Assembly: GCA_963808625.1 (NCBI GenBank)
Contig: CAWEHK010000044.1
Span: 1-64,000, forward strand
DNA from: an uncultured delta proteobacterium
GTDB lineage: Bacteria > Desulfobacterota > Syntrophobacteria > Syntrophobacterales > Syntrophobacteraceae
Reading direction: 5' to 3'
DNA length: 64,000 nt
In this document: one piece after another, positions 23,541-32,641 of the stretch
How positions within the stretch are numbered: the stretch's first letter is position 1
Layout of the letters: every line of letters starts with the position of its first letter
Translations under genes and position numbers: made by a program
The notes under the pieces: generated by a model
Databases searched by the model: none
What the model was told of the DNA's origin: nothing
What the model saw: only the letters and a program-made list of their open reading frames with translations

Positions 23541-24265
23541 ATGACGACCGGTGCGCGGACAGTTCAATCGCGACAATTCTTCCCAGGAAAAGCAGGTTCT
23601 CAGCCACCAAGGCAGGACGCCCTAACGGCTTCCACTCGCGCACCGAAGCTGATGGACCAACTGCATGAGGCATTCCTATCACGCCACTACAGCCGACGCA
23701 CAGAGCGGGCCTATCGTCAATGTCTGCGACTGCGCGTCCAGGATATCGATTTCGGACGCGGTGAGCTTCTCGTTCGAGACGGCAAGGGGGCCAAGGACCG
23801 GGTCAGTATGCTTCCATGCCGCTTAAGGCCCCGCTTCAGGACCACCTCAAGAAGGTCGAGGCGATTCATGAGCGCGACTTGGCCGATGGCTGGGGCTGTG
23901 TCCAGTTGCCGAGCGCCGTGGATCGCAAATACCCCAAGGCCCCGAGGGACTGGTGCTGGCAATGGGTCTTCCCGCAGGAGAACCGGTGGAAAAACACGAA
24001 GACTGGCGAGGAAGGGCGCCATCATACACACGAAACGATTCTCCAACGGGAAGTGAAAGAAGGTTTACGCAAGGCCGAAGCAGTGAAGCACGTCGGTTGC
24101 CACAGCTTTCGGCATTCCTTTGCGAGGCATCTGCTGGAGGCGGGGTATGATATCCGCACTATCCAAGAACTTCTTGGGCACAAAGACGTCAGCACGACCA
24201 TGATCTACACTCATGTATTGAACAGAGGTGGCCAGGGTGTGCGAAGTCCTATGGATGGGCTCTGA
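23541..24265 (+). pseudogene. intI: Integron integrase, internally deleted and frameshifted
   Basis: [17 protein letters not shown], integron-specific insertion LP.A.DRKYP....[18 protein letters not shown] and [17 protein letters not shown]. The box I Arg region is missing. Confidence 0.92.
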
Positions 24266-24404
24266 TTCAGTTTATACAGACTGTATAAAACGGAACTTCC
24301 GAAAAAGAGAAAGACTTTAATTGTTTGAAATGATGGACATTAGCTGAACGAACAAGAAGACACAGCGACTTTATATACTACCAAAAGCTGTCGGTGTTTG
24401 TTGT

Positions 24405-24434
24405 TTTATACAGACTGTATAATCATTGTTATGC
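24405..24434 (+). other. Putative attI site
   Basis: GTTATGC core at 24428 is complementary to the first cassette R'' GCATAAC (25118); preceded by the palindrome TTTATACAGACTGTATAA. Confidence 0.75.
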
Positions 24435-24445
24435 ACGAGTGAACC

Positions 24446-25123
24446 ATGATCTTGGATCTAAGCAAATATGATTTCCGCTTGCTGGAAGTTCAAAGTGAAC
24501 TCTATGCTCTGGAAGACCATCTCAAGCTCATAGAAGGCCAGATGGAGCACATCCAGACAAAAGAACGTCTCCGGCTCGACACCCATATCAAGAGCAAAGG
24601 TTTATCGTCTGAAGACCCTGAATGGCACCAGGTGCTAGATGAATATGATGAACGAATAGAGTTTCTTCTTCCCAGATTCTTTAGAGGACCATTCCTGGTC
24701 GCACTTTATGCGGTGTATGAGTTTGCGGTCACTGAAATAGCCCAACTCATGCAGCAAAGCCTGTCACAAGGCATTTCCATAAAGGACCTCAAAGGTGACT
24801 TTTTGGAACGAGCAAAGAAATACTATAAACACATTCTGAACTTCGACTTGTCCACTGAAGCGAAAGCATGGCAGCGAATTAGGATGCTTGCAGAGCTCCG
24901 CAACGCGTTTGCTCACGTTAACGGTCGCATGGAAATGCTCAACGAGAAATCAAGAAAGATCATTAAGGGCTGGGAGGGACAAAAAGCAGGAATAACCACA
25001 TACTCTGGGTACATAGTGTGTGATGCTAAGATTGTTTCTGAAATATTCCAAGCCGTACATGTGTCACTGGAAGAACTTTTGACTAGGTTCAAGCAGTGGG
25101 ACGACAATCAATCGCATGCATAA
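24446..25123 (+). CDS. Cassette 1: hypothetical protein (possible HEPN/MAE_28990-like)
   Basis: ELRNAFAH matches the RxxxxH HEPN-like motif. The stop codon lies in R''. Confidence 0.6.
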   Translation: MILDLSKYDFRLLEVQSELYALEDHLKLIEGQMEHIQTKERLRLDTHIKSKGLSSEDPEWHQVLDEYDERIEFLLPRFFRGPFLVALYAVYEFAVTEIAQLMQQSLSQGISIKDLKGDFLERAKKYYKHILNFDLSTEAKAWQRIRMLAELRNAFAHVNGRMEMLNEKSRKIIKGWEGQKAGITTYSGYIVCDAKIVSEIFQAVHVSLEELLTRFKQWDDNQSHA

Positions 25124-25228
25124 CAAGGCCATCCACGCGGACACGCAACTACGCCGGGCGCATGCGGTGGCATTTTCCGAAGTTCCCTTGGTGGCGTGGT
25201 TACGTGCCGGTGATGGCCAGCGTTAGCC
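25118..25228 (+). other. attC site 1
   Basis: GCATAAC...GTTAGCC with imperfect inverted repeat (ggccatccac..gtgatggcc). Confidence 0.9.
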
Positions 25229-25284
25229 TTGAGGCTTCATACAAAACGCGCTGTATTTCTCAGTTCGTGTTTGGGAGGTAGATA

Positions 25285-26155
25285 ATGAGAGTCTTCATAA
25301 GTTGGTCAGGCGATACAAGCCAAAGCCTTGCTAAGGCATTCAGCAACTGGTTACCAGCCGTAATTCAGGCTGCAAGGCCATACTTCACACCGGATGCCAT
25401 CAACAAGGGTGCGCGTTGGTACAGTGAGATCTCAGTGGAACTGGAACATGCAAGAGTCGGAATAATCTTTTTGACCCAGGAGAATCTCTGAGGCTCCATG
25501 GCTATTGTTCGAGGCAGGTGCACTTTCCAAGAGTATCGACAAATCTCTCGTTATCCCACTTCTGTTTGGGATCAGTCCTGCAGAGATGAAAGGGCCGTTG
25601 GTTCAATTCCAGGCTGTAGTTTTTGGAAAAGAGGAAATCCGGAAGCTGATAGGAACAATTAATTCTGCCTTGGAAAAACAAGCACTTTCCAATTCCCTCC
25701 TGGATTCAATCTTTGAAACATGGTGGCCAGCCCTCGAATCTCAGGTCAACAAGGTACTCGATGAATCAAGAAGGTCTAAACCGGCTGTACTCAGAAGTGA
25801 CAGAGAGCTACTGGAGGAATTACTAGAAATCGCCAGATCCACCAATTACAGGAATATAAGGCCTCATCTCAACTTTGATGATCGTTTGTTCTATTCGGTT
25901 GATGATCTTGCGTTGGCCGATGATATACACAATAAACTCAGGGCACATGATATACGTTATGTTGGCGAATTGGTCCAAAAAAGCGAAGCAGAGATTATTG
26001 GTATATGCGACCAGGATAAAGAATCAGTGGCTGAGATCAAATGGGCCTTAGCATGCCAGGGGCTCTCATTAGGTATGCACATCGGATCTGGTCGTACAGG
26101 AGTGATCAAGCCTCGCTTGCGATATAGCGATTATCTTTTTCTTGGCCGCAGTTAA
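25285..26155 (+). CDS. Cassette 2: TIR-domain protein with C-terminal RNA polymerase alpha-CTD-like domain (one frameshift at ~25489)
   Basis: VFISWSG...WLP.VIQ...KGARW...PWLLFEAGAL TIR domain; VDDL.L....N.L....I.Y.G.LVQ.SE...EIK..L...GLSLGM alpha-CTD. Confidence 0.82.
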
Positions 26156-26181
26156 TATGTGCTGCTGGCAGACTGTCGTGG

Positions 26182-26291
26182 GGCTAACGATGGCCTGAAC
26201 CGGGCGCGAAACCACGCGGAGCATATTGGTCTGTACTCTCCGAATGTTCACTGGCCGCGCGGTCTCGCACCGGTTAGGCCTGTTGTTAAAC
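26182..26291 (+). other. attC site 2
   Basis: GGCTAAC (complement of upstream GTTAGCC)...GTTAAAC; arms ggcctgaaccgg/ccggttaggcc. Confidence 0.9.
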
Positions 26292-26294
26292 AAC

Positions 26295-27028
26295 ATGAGG
26301 AAAGACCGAGTGGATAATCCGCAGTTCAATCTAAATCGACGGCGCGTCGATGCGTTGTCTCGTGATGTCCTTGTCCAGGAGCTCCGGAAAGTCGCGGAAC
26401 AACTTGGTGGTCGTCGCTTCTCCCGACACGAGTTTGATCTGCACGCCACCGAGTGCAAGGGGAGTGCCGTTCTGGCTCACTTCGGCACGTGGTCCGCAGC
26501 ACTCAGCGCCATTGGCACGCCCCTCGCAGATCATCGACCCAATCGAAAGCAGATCACAGACGTTCAACTGCTCTCTGAACTCGCCAGAGTCTGGCGCGCG
26601 CTCGGTCATCGCCCTTCGAAGCTAGAATGGGAAGCCTCAAGCGCCTCCTATTCGTACACTGCATACAAGCAGAGGTTCGGCGGCTGGGTTAACGCTTGTG
26701 CTGAGCTCGTTGGCCGGAACGTCGAAAAAATTGGAGAGCATGTTGTTGATACGGTTGCTGATACGGAACGCGGCCACGGGGCTGTCGCTAGAGTTCCTCC
26801 TGAGCGCATACGCGCCATGCCGTTGAAGCTCCGGCTTCGTGTGTTGACCCGTGACCAGTTTCGTTGCGTCTTGTGCGGCCGCACACCAGCATTAAACCAA
26901 GGGGCTGTGCTTCATATTGATCACATAATTCCGTTATCCGACGGTGGCCTGACCACGGAAGCGAATCTGCGAACTCCTGCGAACTTTGCAACTGGGGGAA
27001 GGGCGCTGATGCTGGGCATGCCGTCTAA
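26295..27028 (+). CDS. Cassette 3: HNH endonuclease with homing-endonuclease-associated repeats (frameshift near end)
   Basis: Two FG(T/G)W repeats, RDQFRCVLCG, LHIDHIIP...GG....NLRT(L)CELCNWGKG. Confidence 0.82.
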
Positions 27029-27083
27029 CCGGTTGCAGCGGTCGGTCCGCTGCGCGGCCCGCCGCTGAACCGTGGCGTTGCAC
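27023..27083 (+). other. attC site 3
   Basis: GTCTAAC..ttgcagcgg..ccgctgaa..GTTGCAC. Confidence 0.85.
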
Positions 27084-27121
27084 CTGACTCCTTATCAGTC
27101 GCAGGTGAACTTTGCGTTAGC

Positions 27122-27953
27122 TTGCGACACGATGTCGCATAGTTGAGTGTACTCAGGTACTTACCTGGAGTACCCGGCATGTTCCTGCCGGTCTCTACGC
27201 AGGCGTGCTACCGTCGCGCTGATGACGGGGTGCGAAGCCCTGCGGACAATGTACCGAATCGGGTTCGAATGGTGACAGGAGAACCCCTCGGGGAATCCTC
27301 CCCCGTTAAGGGCTAGAGACGGATGATATGGTGAAAACATTTGAATGCCTGCAAGCGTCGTCAAAGAGCGTCCGACCTACGAGGATTAACCCAAGTTTTA
27401 CAGGTCGAAGGCCGCTTCCCAGTGTTTGCGGCAAGGGGTCAGGTTGCAGGTCTCCTAACTGCCTGCACGGAACCGTAGCACCTCCGGCGTAGAGGGCGCA
27501 CCTAAGTCATCCATTGGATCAACTATGAGGAACGTGGAAACCTCGTACCTCTGCCTGGTCTTCCAGGCAGGTGAACCGCAAGGCACACTGTCGGGGGTGC
27601 GGGATTGAGAGGCTGGAAGAAGCGAATGCCATCCTGTAATGGGATGGATACGGGTTCAAGATTTGCCCGGCCCGAAAGGGAGCAGACGTCCGGCGGGTGT
27701 CTCGTTGCGAGAAAGCTGAGAGAACCACATCAAGGAAGGAAAGCAAATGAACACGGCTTCGGCCAGTGTGTGCACCTTCCCCCGAAAGGCATTGTGGCTG
27801 TTGGCGTGTATCGCAAAGTTGGTGAGGGCAGTTCCTCATCGGCGGGTGGCCCCACAAGGGTTCACCTTTGAGATGCTTGAGCCGTGTGACGGGAAACTGT
27901 CAAGCACGGTTCTGAGGGGGGAAAGGGGCCGAGAGGCCCCTGACCTACCCGGT
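27122..27953 (+). mobile_element. ORF-less group II intron
   Basis: 5' TTGCG; domain V GAGCCGTGTGACGGGAAACTGTCAAGCACGGTTC (27879-27912); domain VI ending CTACCCGGT; no RT ORF. Confidence 0.88.
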
Positions 27954-28138
27954 TGTGTTGAGCATGCGGAGTCCATCTTTTACGAACTTCCTTCCCCCAC
28001 CTGGCTGGACAGGAAGTGGCTTAGCGGGGCACGCTTTGAACGAGTCACGGAGTTTTGTGTTGTTCTTGGGCGCGCCGCCTGCTAACCTTTTTTTGTCTAA
28101 CTCAGAACAAACGACGACCAATTTCGAGGAGGAAAAAG

Positions 28139-28888
28139 TTGCAAAGAAAGGCCCTGCTCATATCGAACGCTGGCGAAGAGAACGCAGAGAATTACTGTCG
28201 AGGCGTCTTCGTGGACACCGAAAGCTATAGGACGTTTCTCTCCTCTCCTCTTGGAGGAGCTTGGTTCTCATCAGAAATTATTCACCTTGACCGCCCAACT
28301 TGCAGGCAAGTCAAAACGGAGGTCTCTAACCTTCGCTCTGCCGATTACTCTCTAATTCTCTTTTCCGGGCATGGGTATTTTTCGGAGAGTCGTGAAACCA
28401 CCATCATCGAATTACGAAAGAATGAAGAATATGACTCGATTGATCTGAGGGATGGGGCGATCAAGCGAACAATAATTCTGGACTGTTGTAGAAAGGTGTA
28501 CCCAGAAGTAGTTCTTGAAAAGGCAATTCTAGCAAAGATGGCAGCGAAGGCTGAAATCCTCAACTTCAATGAATGCCGCAAGTACTTTGATGCCACTCTG
28601 GAAAAATGTGCACCAGGGATTGTAGCAGCGTATTCTTGCTCAAAGAATGAAGTAAGCGGGGATGGTGGATCACGGGGTGGTTTTTATGCATCAAGTCTGC
28701 TTAAGGCTACAAACAACTGGCTAGAACAAAGCAATGTGGACCTCGCCAGAAAATATGCTCCTTATTCCATAGTCCGAGCTCATAACTCCGCTATTCCCCT
28801 TGTAGCCAGGCTCAGTGGTGGCACCCAAAACCCCCATATTGAAAAGCCGCGATCTGAACCATATTTTCCATTTGCCATAATGGCTTAG
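28139..28888 (+). CDS. Caspase-like protease (peptidase C14), standalone
   Basis: RKALLI N-terminus, FSGHG (His) and IILDCCR (Cys); GAGGAGG RBS before a TTG start. Confidence 0.85.
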   Translation: MQRKALLISNAGEENAENYCRGVFVDTESYRTFLSSPLGGAWFSSEIIHLDRPTCRQVKTEVSNLRSADYSLILFSGHGYFSESRETTIIELRKNEEYDSIDLRDGAIKRTIILDCCRKVYPEVVLEKAILAKMAAKAEILNFNECRKYFDATLEKCAPGIVAAYSCSKNEVSGDGGSRGGFYASSLLKATNNWLEQSNVDLARKYAPYSIVRAHNSAIPLVARLSGGTQNPHIEKPRSEPYFPFAIMA

Positions 28889-29096
28889 GCTTCCCCAGAG
28901 GTTGTGATAGGGAGTATGGTGTGAATTTGTTCAACCACTGATATTTTTTGATCGCGAACCGATGTGACGGCCGTCGTGATATTCTCTTTAAGTCGTAATC
29001 CATTATCCACAGCCTATAGTTGCGTCAGACGTTGCACGAAATGGAAGTCATGATCGACATATCGCTCAACGCGTTGAGCAACACGAAGGGAAAGAC

Positions 29097-29686
29097 ATGA
29101 AATTTGAACTGAAGGCTATGTATAGTTTCCTAATATCACACACTTTCCCTGGACTGTTAGTGCTGATACAAGCATTATTGTTTTATCAATGGTTTATTGA
29201 TCCACATTTCTGGGAATTTCTCAAGACTAATTGGCCAACTCAAGCTGGCCTTATCCTAGTTATCTTAATAATGGGCTATGCCATATCTACAATACTGGGA
29301 GTAATTCTCGATGGGGTGCATCATTTCATATTTGAAGATTTCCTCAGGAAGAAGACCGCAGATCAGAAGTTCTGTGCCATTAAGGATGATTTCACTATCG
29401 AAGTATACAAGCATTTTCTTGAAGATGATTTATGGTACCCCTACGAAGCATATGCTAATGTCGCCTGGCAATGGTCCCAGGACTGTTTCTATTCTATTAT
29501 TGGCTATCATCTATCATGCATATTGTGGGTTGGAGATTCTGGTTACTTCTGTTTATTTATGCTACCATTCTGGGAATAACATTTGCTGAAGCCATTTATA
29601 CCTGTAGAAGATTCACAGCGGATGAAAAAGAATTTATGAGAGTGTATTCAGCGGTGCAGATTTCAGATTCATCAAAGGAAGACTAA
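29097..29686 (+). CDS. Hypothetical membrane protein (frameshifted)
   Basis: About four hydrophobic segments across two frames; low GC; coupled to the next gene (TAATG). Confidence 0.6.
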
Positions 29687-30204
29687 TGTTTAAGACTGAA
29701 GTTGTGCATGAGCTTAACGAAGAAATTCTAAACGGCATTCTACGAGTTAATCGGGGTTCCTTTCCCACAAATTGGATATATTACGATGCCGAAGAATATT
29801 ATAGAGATATGCTTAAAAAGAGAGAGAATATTCACATTGTGTTGAAATATGACGAGAGCATTGTCGGCTATCTTCTCGCTATTCCTCATAACGAGGCAGT
29901 TAAAGAGTTGACAAATGATGATCCAGAAATGAAAAATGATCCAATGAAATACTATATCGAAACTACTGGAATACTACCAGAATACAGAGGCAAAAAAGGA
30001 TTCTCTAAAATTCTAGATACACTAATTCTAGAGTGCAAGAAGAAAGGGATTGCCAAACTTTCACTACACGCCAGAGTTGAAACTGGGCTCAGTATGATAA
30101 TACAGACAAAGTTTAAGGCCAATGAGGTGAGAAGAGTTAAGGAATGGAGATATTACAATTATCAGGAGCCAGCTGATTACATCGATGTACTATTAGATTT
30201 ATGA
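29686..30204 (+). CDS. GNAT family acetyltransferase
   Basis: IVGYLLA...YYIETTGILPEYRGKKG motif A. Confidence 0.75.
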   Translation: MFKTEVVHELNEEILNGILRVNRGSFPTNWIYYDAEEYYRDMLKKRENIHIVLKYDESIVGYLLAIPHNEAVKELTNDDPEMKNDPMKYYIETTGILPEYRGKKGFSKILDTLILECKKKGIAKLSLHARVETGLSMIIQTKFKANEVRRVKEWRYYNYQEPADYIDVLLDL

Positions 30205-30288
30205 GACATTGAATTATTGAATTTGACTAACGCTAACATAATATAGAAAGTCCAATTACGGTGAATGTATAATGCATAGGGCTTTATC

Positions 30289-30395
30289 ACATAACAAAGG
30301 GCTCAGGCGGAACGGAACCACGCTGGGCATATTTCTTGGTACTTCCTCAGGCTCTTTGGCGGCGTGGTACGGTCCGCTTAGCCCTGCCGTTGGAG
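30289..30395 (+). other. attC site
   Basis: ACATAAC..gggctcaggcgga..tccgcttagccc..GTTGGAG. Confidence 0.88.
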
Positions 30396-30420
30396 GCAAA
30401 GATTAGTTGAAAACGAGAGG

Positions 30421-30666
30421 ATGGCAATCCTTGTGATTTTTGAGATAATTGGTGAAATCGAACAAATTGAGACTATGTCAGTCGGGGGCAATATCCGTGA
30501 CATAATGCGCCTTCAGAAGCAATACGGGCCGGGTCGATGGCGAAAACTCAAGGGGTTTGCCATGGTCAGGCTCCAGAGTGGAAGGATCTGCAAGGCTGAG
30601 CTTCATTGGTATGAAGCCCATGGAGTAGGCAGAAAGAAACTCAAAATCAAGAGATTCTTGAATTAG
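30421..30666 (+). CDS. Conserved hypothetical basic protein (putative toxin)
   Basis: Intact ORF with YG.GRWRKLKG...AELHWYEAHG.G motif. Confidence 0.65.
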   Translation: MAILVIFEIIGEIEQIETMSVGGNIRDIMRLQKQYGPGRWRKLKGFAMVRLQSGRICKAELHWYEAHGVGRKKLKIKRFLN

Positions 30667-30670
30667 GATT

Positions 30671-30910
30671 ATGTGGAAAATAATGGAAAATTATAGGTTT
30701 GTACTTTGCATAGAGAATAGAGATTGCGAGGATTTGGAGAAGCGTAAGATTTATCAAGTGCTTCCAGATCGAGATGCCGAAAGGGAAGGATATCTGAGAG
30801 TCATTGACGAATCAGGCGAAGATTATCTCTATCCGCAATCCTACTTTGTATCTATCCAGTTGCCGCGCGAAGCACAAGAAGCTTTGCGAGTAGCTGAACA
30901 GCCTGTTTGA
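30671..30910 (+). CDS. Conserved hypothetical acidic protein (putative antitoxin/immunity)
   Basis: Intact ORF with LRVIDESGEDYLYP..YF motif. Confidence 0.65.
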   Translation: MWKIMENYRFVLCIENRDCEDLEKRKIYQVLPDRDAEREGYLRVIDESGEDYLYPQSYFVSIQLPREAQEALRVAEQPV

Positions 30911-31146
30911 ATACCTCAGTGTGAGACGTGGAGCCGCCGCCAGGGATTCCGTGGTTTTCGGGAACGCATGGGTAGTGCTGCTTGGGCTGCCTGTTCAGCC
31001 CTCACATTGGGGAGGCTGGATCAGATCTGGGTGGCTCTTCTCGCGGGGGCACTCCTTAAGACTTCATCGGCGAGTTGGTGCTGGATACTTGGTGTGCTTG
31101 CCTGTGCAAGGAAGTTGCCTGAGCCATGCAGGTCAGCGTAGCCCCT

Positions 31147-31233
31147 TCCCAACAAGATTTCGAGCGGACGCGGAGCCATACCCGAGGCATTGCCTGGAAG
31201 TCACCTGCCGCGCCGCTCAAATCAACGTTCGCT
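31147..31233 (+). other. attC site
   Basis: TCCCAAC..gatttcgagcggacgcgg..ccgcgccgctcaaatc..GTTCGCT. Confidence 0.88.
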
Positions 31234-31273
31234 TGCGCCAAAGCCGTCGATTGGCAACAGCAAAAGGACAGAA

Positions 31274-31747
31274 ATGAAGCAAAGGCTTTACATCGAGACG
31301 ACGATAATCAGTTACTTGACAGCGAGGACGAGCAGAAATCCAATTGTTGCGGGGCGGCAAGCACTCACCCGTGAGTGGTGGGAACATCGACGCACGGCCT
31401 TTGATTTGGTAGTATCTGAGTTGGTCTTCGAGGAAGCAACGGCAGGCGATCAAGAAGTCGCCAAACGCAGACTGGCTTATATTTCCGGTATGGACTCATT
31501 GCATATTTCGGATGAGGCTGTGACGCTGGCAGAAGCACTTGTGAGCGAAGGTCCCATTCCGAGCGAATATGGAGAAGATGCGCTCCATATTGCTCTATGT
31601 GCAGTGAACGGCATCGACTTTCTCGCGACATGGAATTGCAGGCATCTTGCCAATGCATTTCACCGGCATCAGATTGAAGCAGTAGTTGAAGCGAGGGGCT
31701 ACCGCTGTCCGGTGATCTGCACCCCGGAAGAGCTCATGGAGGACTAA
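31274..31747 (+). CDS. PIN-domain (VapC-like) toxin
   Basis: YIETTIISYL, EDALHIA and ATWNCRHLAN. Confidence 0.88.
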   Translation: MKQRLYIETTIISYLTARTSRNPIVAGRQALTREWWEHRRTAFDLVVSELVFEEATAGDQEVAKRRLAYISGMDSLHISDEAVTLAEALVSEGPIPSEYGEDALHIALCAVNGIDFLATWNCRHLANAFHRHQIEAVVEARGYRCPVICTPEELMED

Positions 31748-31749
31748 TC

Positions 31750-31923
31750 ATGTTCAAGGATCCCATTGTGGAAGAGGTCAGGGCTGCGCGACAAAAGCAT
31801 GCTGCACAGTTCAGCTACGATCTTCGGAAGATTGCTGAAGACTTGAGAGCGAAGGAACAGCAATCCGGGCGTAAGGTTGTCTCTTTTCCTCCCAAGCCAG
31901 CCAAGAAGAAAGCTGTGGCCTGA
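31750..31923 (+). CDS. Small putative antitoxin downstream of the PIN toxin
   Basis: MFKDPIVEEVRAARQKHAAQFSYDLRKI.., 57 aa; not in the ORF track. Confidence 0.75.
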   Translation: MFKDPIVEEVRAARQKHAAQFSYDLRKIAEDLRAKEQQSGRKVVSFPPKPAKKKAVA

Positions 31924-31929
31924 CTCCCC

Positions 31930-32039
31930 AGCGAACAAGCGGTTCGAGCCGGACACCCGACCATGCGGTGGCAATCAGTAGGCGCTTTCTCAGGCTCGTT
32001 GGCCACGTGGTCGGGTGCCGCTCAACCGCAATGTTGGAG
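31930..32039 (+). other. attC site
   Basis: AGCGAAC (exact complement of upstream GTTCGCT)...GTTGGAG; long stem. Confidence 0.92.
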
Positions 32040-32050
32040 TAAGATAAACG

Positions 32051-32640
32051 ATGAGATACATTCACCAAAGACCTTATCCAAGATTGTTTTATGGATTTTA
32101 ACTTCTGCAGGGGTATTGGTTGCTGGCTTTCAAGGGCATTTTCGAGATTCGAAGATCTATTGAGCAGCGGCGAGAAGAAACGAAACAGAAAGAAGATGAG
32201 CTAACCCAACGTGAAAAAGAGTTTCGTTGGAAACAGGCAGAAAAGGCTAAAGATGTCTTGGATGAAATCAATCTGGATATCAAATCACATTCTGCATGTC
32301 AGATGCTCGATTGGAGTGGTAGAGAATACAAGATAACTGGAATTTATCTGAGCGAATATCCACCGACGAAATGCTTTCGGCAATGAGAATCGACAATCTT
32401 GTCTTTGACCAAAAGAAGGCTTCATTAAAGAGGATTAAGCTTATTCGACAAGACGATTCGTCAGCCATTATATTTCATCATCGGTGCGTCAGGTTGATTT
32501 CTAATGATGATTCAAGTTGAAGTTGAGGTACTATGTAAACCTAATGGCAAAAAAGTAAGAATCCGTTTTTTGCTTTTTTGGAGTTCTATAATTACACTGG
32601 AACAATTGCTTTTTTTAGTGAATTTAGCCAATGGAAAAAC
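32051..32640 (+). pseudogene. Fragmented cassette ORF (N-terminal TM + coiled coil)
   Basis: IVLWILTSAGVLVAG..REKEFRWKQAEKAK..MLDW spread over several frames. Confidence 0.5.
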
Positions 32641-32641
32641 G

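Noticed and set aside
25489..25491. TGA in the TIR gene as selenocysteine
   Set aside because: The conserved continuation (APWLLFEAGAL) is in a different frame, so this is an indel and not read-through.
27747..28085. Intron-encoded reverse transcriptase
   Set aside because: No RT or YADD motifs, and the ORF runs through domains V/VI. At most a remnant.
30894..30999. Additional attC (GCTGAACAG..CTGTTCAGC)
   Set aside because: There is a terminal inverted repeat but no convincing L boxes or internal stem, and the cores do not chain with neighbouring cassettes.
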